64,000 bases of DNA from Candidatus Eiseniibacteriota bacterium (GTDB taxonomy: Bacteria > Eisenbacteria > RBG-16-71-46 > CAVPCR01). The stretch spans positions 2,208,001-2,272,000 of the forward strand of contig CAWGMA010000001.1 of the NCBI GenBank assembly GCA_963823555.1, read 5' to 3'. Positions 48,759 to 57,072 of the stretch are shown here, in pieces. The notes beneath the pieces are model-generated. The model worked only from the letters and a program-made list of their open reading frames with translations. It was not told the origin of the DNA and made no database searches. The position numbers and the translations under genes were made by a program. Position 1 is the first letter of the stretch. Each line of letters opens with the position of its first letter.

Positions 48759-50351
48759 ATGGTGAACACCCAAGACCCCGATGCCATCGCCGGCATGCTG
48801 GCGAGCCTGCACCCGCTCGAAGTCAAGACGCTCGGCGCGCTCGACGGCGAAGCCGAGCTGGGCGAGCAGGACCTCGCGGCGAAGGCGAATCTCGAGCCCG
48901 AACAGGTGCGGACGGCGGTGCAGTGGCTCCTCGCCAAGGAGCTCATCGCGGCGAGGACCACCGAGCAGTTCACCGAGGTCACGCTATCCGAGGTCGGTCA
49001 CCGCCACGCCGAGCTCGGCGTCCCCGAGACCCGCATCCTCAAGCTCCTCGCTCCGGACCGGAGTCCGGAGAGCCCCGCGACCATGGCGAGCGTCACGGCG
49101 CATCCCGATCTGGCCGGCGAGGACGTCGCCGCCGCCTGCGGCGCGCTCAAGAAGCTGGGCGCGATCGATATCGGCCGCGGCGGAGCTCTCGTCGCCGCCG
49201 CTCCGGAGAAGGCCCAGGCCTATGCCGCCCTCGAGGCCCTCATCGGCCGGATCGCCAGGAGCCCGGGCACGGTCCGCCTCGATGAGCTACCCGCGGCGGA
49301 TCGCACCCTGGTCGAGGACAACGCGCGCAAGCGCGGCAAGGGTCGCGGCGCCTTCCGCCTCGCCGATCGCGAGCGCTCGCGCTACGAGCTCACTCGATCC
49401 GGCGCTGCCGCTGCGGCCGCTCTCCGCGCCGCCGATCTCTCGGGAGACGAGGTGTCCTCGCTCACCGCCGACATGCTCCGGGATGGCAAGTGGCGCCGGC
49501 TCCGCTTCCGCCGCTACAACCTCGCGCTCAAGCCGTCGCGCGTCCTCATCGGACGGCGCCACCCCTACGCCGAGTTCCTGGACCAGGTGCGGGAGAAGTT
49601 CGTCGCGCTGGGCTTCGCGGAGATGCGGGGCGATCTCGTCGAGAACGAGTTCTGGAACATGGACGCGCTGTTCATGCCGCAGTTCCACTCGGCGCGCGAC
49701 ATCCACGACGTCTACTACGTCAAGCAGCCGACGCATGCCCGCGCGATCGAGGAGCCCTTCGGCCGGCAGGTGGCGGCGGCGCACGAGTCGGGAGGAACGA
49801 CGGGAAGCCGCGGCTGGCGCTATCCCTTCGATTTCGAGCGCGCCAAGCGCCTCGTGCTGCGCAGCCAGGGCACGGCGCTCTCGGCGCGCACGCTGGCCGG
49901 GACCCCGAACATCCCCGGCAAGTACTTCGCCATCGCGCGGTGCTTCCGCTACGACCAGGTGGATGCCACCCACGCCTCGGACTTCTTCCAGGTCGAGGGC
50001 ATCGTCCTCGGCGAGCGGATCAATTTCCGACACCTGCTCGGCCTGCTCACGCTCTTCGCCGCGGAGGTGGCCGGGGCCAGGGAGATCCGCTTCGCGCCCG
50101 CCTACTTCCCGTTCACCGAGCCCTCGGTCGAGCTCCACACCAATCACCCGGTGCTCGGCTGGATGGAGCTCGGAGGCGCCGGGATCTTCCGGCCGGAGCT
50201 GACCGCCGCGCTCGGCGTCGACGTCCCCGTCCTCGCCTGGGGACTCGGGCTCGATCGCATGGCGATGACCGCGCTTGGCCTCAACGACATCCGGCAACTG
50301 TTCACGACCGATCTCGAGTTCATGCGTACCCGGCGTCAAGAGGCGCCATAA
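48759..50351 (+). CDS. pheS: Phenylalanine--tRNA ligase alpha subunit, archaeal/eukaryote type
   Basis: 530 aa with a long N-terminal extension; FWNMDALFMPQFHSARDIHD, FRYDQVDATH, FFQVEG, YFPFTEPS, LAWGLGLDR. Confidence 0.95.
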   Translation: MVNTQDPDAIAGMLASLHPLEVKTLGALDGEAELGEQDLAAKANLEPEQVRTAVQWLLAKELIAARTTEQFTEVTLSEVGHRHAELGVPETRILKLLAPDRSPESPATMASVTAHPDLAGEDVAAACGALKKLGAIDIGRGGALVAAAPEKAQAYAALEALIGRIARSPGTVRLDELPAADRTLVEDNARKRGKGRGAFRLADRERSRYELTRSGAAAAAALRAADLSGDEVSSLTADMLRDGKWRRLRFRRYNLALKPSRVLIGRRHPYAEFLDQVREKFVALGFAEMRGDLVENEFWNMDALFMPQFHSARDIHDVYYVKQPTHARAIEEPFGRQVAAAHESGGTTGSRGWRYPFDFERAKRLVLRSQGTALSARTLAGTPNIPGKYFAIARCFRYDQVDATHASDFFQVEGIVLGERINFRHLLGLLTLFAAEVAGAREIRFAPAYFPFTEPSVELHTNHPVLGWMELGGAGIFRPELTAALGVDVPVLAWGLGLDRMAMTALGLNDIRQLFTTDLEFMRTRRQEAP

Positions 50352-50360
50352 CAGGATCCC

Positions 50361-52091
50361 ATGCCGACCATCGTCGTCATCAAGCGAGACCTGGAGGAGC
50401 TCCTCGGCGCGCCGTTCGAGCTCGACGCCCTGGAGCGCGAGCTCGAGCTCGCCAAGGGCGAGATCAAGGGCTACGACCCGGTGAGCGACGAGATCAAGGT
50501 CGAGCTCAACGACACCAATCGCCCCGATCTGTGGTCACCCGAGGGACTCGCCCGCACGCTCCAGCTGGCCCGGGGCGGAGCGGCGCGCGACTACGGGTTC
50601 CCGGAGCCCGCGGCCAGCGAGGGCGATCGCCCCGAGATCCACGTCGACGCCGCGCTCGAGTCGATCCGACCCTTCGTCGCCGGATTCCTGGCCTCCGGCC
50701 CGCCCCTCGGCGACCCCGAGCTCAGGAGCCTCATCCAGTCGCAGGAGAAGCTCGCCGAGAACTTCGGCCAGAAGCGGCGCGCGGTCGCCATCGGCGTCTA
50801 TCGCGCCGGTGCCATCCGCTTCCCCATCCACTACCGGGCGGCCGACCCCGCAACCGAGCGCTACGTGCCGCTGGGGCACGCGGAGCCGCTCACCCTCACC
50901 GCCATCCTCGACGAGCATGTCAAGGGCCAGGAGTACGGGCATCTGCTCCGCGGCCAGCCGCGCTTCCCGCTCCTCGTCGACAGCGCCGGCGAGGTGCTGT
51001 CGATGCCCCCCATCGTCAACAGCCACTCCCTCGGTGCGGTGGCCGTGGGCGACTCGCACCTCTTCGTCGAGGTCACCGGGCACGATCTGCGATCGCTCTT
51101 CCTCGCCCTGAACATCGCCGCCTGCGACCTCGCCGATCGCGGGGCGAAGATCGAGCCGGTGAGGGTGGTCTACCCCTACGACACGCCCTACGGGCGACGG
51201 GTGACGACTCCTTGCGACTTCGCCGGAACGACCGTGGTCCCGCTCCCGCTGATGGCTCGGCTCCTGGGCGAGAACCTGCCGGCGGCCGAGATCACGTCTC
51301 ATCTCGGCCGCATGGGCTATCGCGATGTGAAGGCCGAGGACCGAGACGGCGCCGGCGCGATCACCGCGACCCCTCCCCTCTACCGCGACGACATCCTGCA
51401 TCCGGTGGATGTCGTCGAGGACATCGCCATCGCACGGGGCTACAACTCGTTCGCTCCCATTCTGCCCGAGGAGTTCACCGTCGGTCGCCTCTCACCGGAG
51501 GAAGAGCTGGCGCATCGCATCGGCGATCTCATGATCGGCGCCGGCTACCAGCAGGTGGTCTCGAACATCCTCTCCTCCCGCGAGGTCCTCGTCGATCGCA
51601 TGAACCGCACCGAGGGTCCGGGGCTCGTCGAGATCGACAACGTGATGTCGGCCAACTACTCGGTGCTCCGCGACTCGGTCGTGCCGTCACTGCTCCAGGT
51701 CGAGGCCGTGAGCTCGAAGGCGCTCTATCCGCATCGCATGTTCGAGGTCGGCGAGTGCGCCGTGGTCGACCCGGCCACGATTCTCGGCACCCGCACCCGG
51801 CTCCTGGCGAGCGCTCTCCTCGCGCATCCCGCCGCCACCTTCTCCGAGCTGCACTCGACGCTCGACACCGTGCTCTTCTATCTCGCCCGCGACTACGAGC
51901 TCGAGCCGATCGCTCACCCCTCCTGCATCGAGGGCCGGGCCGGACGCATCCGTATCGCCGGGCGCGACGCGGGCTGGATCGGCGAGCTCTCGCCGGCCTG
52001 TCTCGAGCGCTGGGGCATCGGCGTGCCGGCGAGCGCGTTCGAGCTCGATCTGAACCTCCTTCTCAATAACAGCAACAACAGCGACGGCTGA
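50361..52091 (+). CDS. pheT: Phenylalanine--tRNA ligase beta subunit, archaeal/eukaryote type
   Basis: 576 aa; MPTI.., NRPDLWSPEG, LSMPPIVNS, YRDDILHPVDVVEDIAIARGYN; no B2 or B8 domain. Confidence 0.95.
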   Translation: MPTIVVIKRDLEELLGAPFELDALERELELAKGEIKGYDPVSDEIKVELNDTNRPDLWSPEGLARTLQLARGGAARDYGFPEPAASEGDRPEIHVDAALESIRPFVAGFLASGPPLGDPELRSLIQSQEKLAENFGQKRRAVAIGVYRAGAIRFPIHYRAADPATERYVPLGHAEPLTLTAILDEHVKGQEYGHLLRGQPRFPLLVDSAGEVLSMPPIVNSHSLGAVAVGDSHLFVEVTGHDLRSLFLALNIAACDLADRGAKIEPVRVVYPYDTPYGRRVTTPCDFAGTTVVPLPLMARLLGENLPAAEITSHLGRMGYRDVKAEDRDGAGAITATPPLYRDDILHPVDVVEDIAIARGYNSFAPILPEEFTVGRLSPEEELAHRIGDLMIGAGYQQVVSNILSSREVLVDRMNRTEGPGLVEIDNVMSANYSVLRDSVVPSLLQVEAVSSKALYPHRMFEVGECAVVDPATILGTRTRLLASALLAHPAATFSELHSTLDTVLFYLARDYELEPIAHPSCIEGRAGRIRIAGRDAGWIGELSPACLERWGIGVPASAFELDLNLLLNNSNNSDG

Positions 52092-52100
52092 CCTGGAAGC

Positions 52101-52129
52101 TTGCCGGGGCGGATGATCGGCGCGATAAT
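52101..52129 (+). promoter_or_regulatory. Possible sigma-70 promoter of the PKD gene
   Basis: TTGCCG-17 nt-GATAAT, upstream of GGAGG and ATG 52163. Confidence 0.45.
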
Positions 52130-52162
52130 GAGGCCGGTCCCGACACCAAGGGAGGGTCCGCC

Positions 52163-54796
52163 ATGCCCCGACCTCCGCTCCCCGTCCTCATCGGTGTCGC
52201 CCTGGCCGCCCTCTTCGCGGCCCCCGCGCTCGCCCAGGACATGCTGCCTCTGACCCCGGTCATCGGCCTCAGCCCGGCCCAGCTCGACTTCGATCCCTGC
52301 CTCGATCCCGGTCAGTGCCAGCAGCTATCGTTCGAGCTGTTCAACGACGTCAACGATCCGCAATCCATCCTCGAGATCACCGCGGTGGATCTCGCCGCCG
52401 CGCAGTTCGCCATGATCGACGGCCCGCCGGCGCCGCTCTCGATTCCGGGCGACGGCACGCGGGTGCTCTACACCGTGCTCTTCTGCCCCAACGGCTACCC
52501 GGCGGCCGGGGTGGTGATCGTGCTCGCGCAGAACGCCCCCAACTCCCCGTCGCTCGTCAGGCTGTCGGGCGACGGCGACTTCCCGCCGGTCTGCGATGCC
52601 GGCGGTCCCTATCACGCCATCCGCGGCGCCCCGCTGACCCTGAGCGGGCGCGGCTCCATCGACCCGGACACGGGCCCCGGGATCGTGTCCTATCGCTGGG
52701 ACTTCGGCGATGGCACGACCGGCACCGGCGTCGAGGTGCAGCACATCTACACCGCCACCGGCACCTACGTGGTCGAGCTCGAGATCGAGGATGCCTGCCG
52801 CAACACGGCGACCTGCTCGACGACGGTCGAAGTCGGCCTCGGCAACGCCTTCCCGGTCTGCGACGCCGGAGGTCCCTACTCGGGGCTCATCAACGAGTTC
52901 ATCCAGTTCGACGGCACCGGATCCTACGACCCCGACGGGGTCATCACGGCCTACCGCTGGGACTTCGGGGACGGACGCACCGGCTTCGGGCCAACGCCGA
53001 CGCATGCTTACACGGTTCCCGGCATCTACTCGGTGGTGCTGCGCGTGACCGACAATCAGAACGCCGCCTCCACCTGCTTCACCCACGCGGAGGTGTTCGC
53101 GGTGAACGTGCCGCCGATCTGCGATGCCGGCGGGCCCTACCTCTCGCGCGTCGGTCTCAGCATCCGCTTCGACGGCTCGGGATCGAGCGACCCGGACGGC
53201 TTCATCGCGCGGTACGACTGGCAGTTCGGCGACGGCACGACAGGCAACGGCACCATGCCGACGCATGCCTATACCGCTCCTGGAACCTACGTGGTGGAGC
53301 TCTGCGTGACCGACGACCGGGGTGATCAGACCTGCTGCGAAACCCAGGCGGAGATCCTGTCCGGCTCGACCCCGCTCACTCCGGTGATCGGCGTCACACC
53401 CGAGGTGCTCGACTTCGGGGGCTGCGTCCTCGTCGGTGAATCCCGCGATCTCGACATCGCGATCTACAACGATATCTTCGACCCCGAGTCCATCCTCGAC
53501 CTGACCGGCATCACGGTCGAGGGCGAAGGTTACAGCCTCGCCGGTGGACCGCCGCCTCCCGTCGCGCTTCCCGGGGACGGCACGAGCCGCGCCACCTACA
53601 CGGTGCGTTTCGCGCCCAGCGGAGCGGAACCGCAGATCGGCTCGCTCACGCTGACGGCGCCGGGTGCCACCAACACGCCGCGCGTGGTTCCCCTCACCGG
53701 GGCCGGCAACTTCGCGCCCATCTGCGACGCCGGCGGCCCCTATCCGGGTGTCACCGGCACGCCGATCCAGTTCAACGGCACCGCCTCCTCCGACCCGGAA
53801 GGCGCCATCGTCCTCTACCACTGGAGCTTCGGGGACGGCGCGACGGCAACCGGCCCCACGCCCACGCATACCTACACCGTGCACGGCACCTACACGGTCA
53901 CGCTCACCCTCACCGACGCCTGCGGGGTCATGACCTCGTGTACGGCGACCGCGGAGATCCTGGCGACGCCGGTGTGTGATGCGGGCGGACCCTACTACGG
54001 CGTGCCCGGCATCCCCGTCCAGTTCGACGGCACCGGATCCCATGACCCCGACGGCACGATCGTGCTCTACCTGTGGGACTTCGGCGACGGATCGACCGGC
54101 ACGGGCCCCACCCCGGTCCACAACTACCCCGATCCCTCGAGCTACGACGTCACGCTCGCCGTGACCGACAACGATGGGTTCACGAGCGAGTGCCTCACGT
54201 TCGTCGATACCGGGGCGGTCCCGGTCGCGAGCGTCGACTCGCTGGCCGCCGCCGTTCGCGACCGGTCGGTCGAGCTCACCTGGATGGCACGGCAGGCGGG
54301 AGATCTCCTCGGCTTCGCCATCCGGCGCGGGTCCTTGAGCCAGGGCGAGCCACCGGGGCCGCTCCCGGATCTCGTCTTCGACCTCGATGGCGACGGCCAC
54401 TTCCGCTTCGTGGATCGCGATGTCGCGGCGGCGCAGCGTTACCTGTATCAGCTGATCGCCGTGGCCCGCGATGGGGAGCGGGAGCAGGTCGCCGAGATCC
54501 TGGTCACGGTTCCGGCCCTCTCCCTCGCGCTGCACGCGCCGCATCCGAACCCGACCGAGCGCGCCGTGGCCTTCGGCTGCGACCTGCCGCGCCCGGGGCA
54601 CGCCCGCGTCCGGATCATCGACGCGAGCGGCCGCGTGGTCGTGACGCTCCTGGACCGGGGCCTGGGCGCAGGAAGCTACCCCCTGGCCTGGAATGGCCTC
54701 GACGCTGCGGGCCGGCCAGCTCCGGCCGGGGTCTACTTCGTCGCGCTGGAGATGGGGGTCGACAGGCGCTGGCAGAAGATCGTGCTGAGCCCGTAA
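52163..54796 (+). CDS. Secreted multi-PKD/Ig-domain protein with a FlgD-Ig-like C-terminal domain
   Basis: Signal peptide; five P(V/I)CDAGGPY..WxFGDG PKD repeats; two PLTPVIG Ig-like units; tail PHPNP..IIDASGRVV..WNG..GVYF. Confidence 0.9.
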   Translation: MPRPPLPVLIGVALAALFAAPALAQDMLPLTPVIGLSPAQLDFDPCLDPGQCQQLSFELFNDVNDPQSILEITAVDLAAAQFAMIDGPPAPLSIPGDGTRVLYTVLFCPNGYPAAGVVIVLAQNAPNSPSLVRLSGDGDFPPVCDAGGPYHAIRGAPLTLSGRGSIDPDTGPGIVSYRWDFGDGTTGTGVEVQHIYTATGTYVVELEIEDACRNTATCSTTVEVGLGNAFPVCDAGGPYSGLINEFIQFDGTGSYDPDGVITAYRWDFGDGRTGFGPTPTHAYTVPGIYSVVLRVTDNQNAASTCFTHAEVFAVNVPPICDAGGPYLSRVGLSIRFDGSGSSDPDGFIARYDWQFGDGTTGNGTMPTHAYTAPGTYVVELCVTDDRGDQTCCETQAEILSGSTPLTPVIGVTPEVLDFGGCVLVGESRDLDIAIYNDIFDPESILDLTGITVEGEGYSLAGGPPPPVALPGDGTSRATYTVRFAPSGAEPQIGSLTLTAPGATNTPRVVPLTGAGNFAPICDAGGPYPGVTGTPIQFNGTASSDPEGAIVLYHWSFGDGATATGPTPTHTYTVHGTYTVTLTLTDACGVMTSCTATAEILATPVCDAGGPYYGVPGIPVQFDGTGSHDPDGTIVLYLWDFGDGSTGTGPTPVHNYPDPSSYDVTLAVTDNDGFTSECLTFVDTGAVPVASVDSLAAAVRDRSVELTWMARQAGDLLGFAIRRGSLSQGEPPGPLPDLVFDLDGDGHFRFVDRDVAAAQRYLYQLIAVARDGEREQVAEILVTVPALSLALHAPHPNPTERAVAFGCDLPRPGHARVRIIDASGRVVVTLLDRGLGAGSYPLAWNGLDAAGRPAPAGVYFVALEMGVDRRWQKIVLSP

Positions 54797-55019
54797 CACA
54801 AGGAGAAACTGGCGGTTAGGAGTTCATACCGGGATGCCGCGGGAGCCCACCGAAGCACTGGCGGCGGCTGCCCGGACCGTGTAAAATAGTACATGGCCGT
54901 TCGTTGGCCTTTCTATCCGGCCTCGCCAAGCGGGTCCCCATGTCCGGCCCGCCCAACACGGGCTCTGCCCTGCAAGCTGAACCACGATCCAATAGACCAC
55001 GACCGGAGGCGATACACGT

Positions 55020-56042
55020 ATGCGTTCCAATAACCGAGTTCTCGGCGCCGTGATCGGCATCACCATGCTCCTGGCCACCGCACTCGCCGGCCAGGCAGCG
55101 GCGCAGGTCTTCGATGACACCCTCATCCCCTTGAGCCCGGTGATCGGCGTCAACCCGACGAGCCTCGACTTCGGCGAGTGCACGCTCCTCGGCCAGTGCA
55201 CCGACCTCGACATCCAGGTCTTCAACGACGTCGCCGACCCGACCTCGATCCTCGAGCTCACGGACTTCGACGTCACCGGCAGCGGGTTCTTCACCCTGCA
55301 GGCCGGCCCGACGCTCCCGATCTCGCTCCCCGGTGACGGCCAGACCGTGGCCACCTTCACCGTGCGCTTCTGCCCCACGAACATCCAGGCGGCCACCGGC
55401 ACGGCGACCGCGACCGCCTCGAACGCGACCAACTCGCCGCTCGAGGTCCCGCTCGCGGGCACCGGCAACAACGCTCCGCTCTGCGATGCGGGCGGTCCCT
55501 ACACCGGCACCGCCGGTCAGCCCGTCGCCTTCGACGGCTCGGGCTCGAGCGATCCGGGCGGCACGATCACGGCGTACGACTGGGACTTCGGTGACGGCTC
55601 GACCGGCAGCGGCGCGACCCCGTCCCACACCTATGCCGCGGCCGGCAACTACACCGCCACCCTGACCCTGACCGACAACTGCGGCGCCACCTCGACCTGC
55701 GAGGCGTCGGTCACGATCACCATGCCGGACAACTTGCCTCCGGTCTGCGATGCGGGCGGTCCCTATGCCGGACCGACCAACTCGCCGATCCAGTTCGACG
55801 GCACCGGCTCGAACGACCCGGACGGCACCATCGTCCTCTACGAGTGGGACTTCGGTGACGGCTCGACGGGTAGCGGCGCCACGCCGACGCACACCTACAC
55901 GCAGATGGGCCTCTACAACGTTCAGCTCTGCGTGACCGACGACCGCCAGGCGCGCGTCTGCTGCGATACGACCGCCGAGATCGGCGCCACTCCGGTCGAG
56001 CCTGCGACCTGGGGGCAGATCAAGTCGCACTACAACGACTAG
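55020..56042 (+). CDS. Secreted Ig + 2xPKD protein with a C-terminal TWGQIK tail
   Basis: GGAGG RBS; signal peptide; PLSPVIG unit; two CDAGGPY..WDFGDG repeats; ends TPVEPATWGQIKSHYND. Confidence 0.9.
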   Translation: MRSNNRVLGAVIGITMLLATALAGQAAAQVFDDTLIPLSPVIGVNPTSLDFGECTLLGQCTDLDIQVFNDVADPTSILELTDFDVTGSGFFTLQAGPTLPISLPGDGQTVATFTVRFCPTNIQAATGTATATASNATNSPLEVPLAGTGNNAPLCDAGGPYTGTAGQPVAFDGSGSSDPGGTITAYDWDFGDGSTGSGATPSHTYAAAGNYTATLTLTDNCGATSTCEASVTITMPDNLPPVCDAGGPYAGPTNSPIQFDGTGSNDPDGTIVLYEWDFGDGSTGSGATPTHTYTQMGLYNVQLCVTDDRQARVCCDTTAEIGATPVEPATWGQIKSHYND

Positions 56043-56071
56043 GCGTTCGAGCTCGCTCGAGGACATGGTGG

Positions 56072-56099
56072 GCGGGCGGCAGCGTGAGCCGCCGCCCGC
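56072..56099. terminator. Hairpin between convergent genes
   Basis: GCGGGCGGC-N10-GCCGCCCGC. Confidence 0.5.
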
Positions 56100-56110
56100 G
56101 CCGCACTCGC

Positions 56111-56923
56111 TCACTCCGGTCGGAGTAGCTCGAGGACAAGGGCATGGAGGGGGCCGTTGGTGGCAACGGCCCCCTCTTCGTATATGGAGTCGGATCCTCC
56201 GATCGAGGTGAGCCGCCCGCCGGCCTCCTCGATGAGGAGCTTCGGCGCGGCGAGGTCCCACGGTGCCGCCTGGGCATCGAGCATGGCCTCGGCCTTTCCT
56301 GCCGCGACCAGCACATAGCCGTAGTAATCCCCGAATCCTCGATCTCGACCGGCCTGGCGCAGGAGCCGGTTCAGTCCGCCGGCGCCACCCACACCGCGCC
56401 GCACGAACTCACCGGCGCTCGAGTGCACGACCAGCGCCGCCGATAGATCGGCGACCCCGGACACCTTGATCGGCTCGCCATTGAGGAAGGCGCCGCCTCC
56501 CGCGAGCGCCCACGCCATCTCCTCGAGCATCGGGTTGTAGGCCGCCGCCGCCACGATGCGTCCCTCTTCCTCGAGCGCCACCAGCGCACCGAAGAAGGGA
56601 ATGCCGCGGATGAAGTTGGCGGTCCCGTCGATCGGATCGATGATCCAGCGCGCGCTCTTCGTTCCTTCCTCCCCGAATTCCTCGCCCAGAAAACCATGAC
56701 CGGGAAAGCGCTCCGCGATCACGGCGCGGGCCGCACGCTCGGACTCGCGATCGGCAATGGTCACCGGCGAGCGCGAGGCGCCACTCACCTTCCACTCGAC
56801 CGCGACCCCGGTCGCAAAGTAACTCCTCGCCACGCCGCCTGCCGCGCGGGCCGCGGCAACGGCCGTATCGAGCCGCGGGTCCACCTTGCCATCGACCATC
56901 GCCGGTCGCATTGCATCGTCCAT
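56111..56923 (-). CDS. Inositol monophosphatase family protein (histidinol-phosphatase HisN-like)
   Basis: SPVTIADRESE, GEE, WIIDPIDGTANF, RGFGDYYGY, PWDLAA. Confidence 0.9.
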   Translation of the reverse strand: MDDAMRPAMVDGKVDPRLDTAVAAARAAGGVARSYFATGVAVEWKVSGASRSPVTIADRESERAARAVIAERFPGHGFLGEEFGEEGTKSARWIIDPIDGTANFIRGIPFFGALVALEEEGRIVAAAAYNPMLEEMAWALAGGGAFLNGEPIKVSGVADLSAALVVHSSAGEFVRRGVGGAGGLNRLLRQAGRDRGFGDYYGYVLVAAGKAEAMLDAQAAPWDLAAPKLLIEEAGGRLTSIGGSDSIYEEGAVATNGPLHALVLELLRPE

Positions 56924-57072
56924 TTGCCGCGTTCTCCTCTCCAGGGTAGCTCCTCGTTGCCTCGCGTCCTGCCTCTTGCTAGACTGCTCGCTCGCAGCAA
57001 AGGGAAGGGCCGGCCACTTCAGGCACATCAATCTCATAACATGAACCGATTCCGAGAGCGAGGCCAGCAAAC

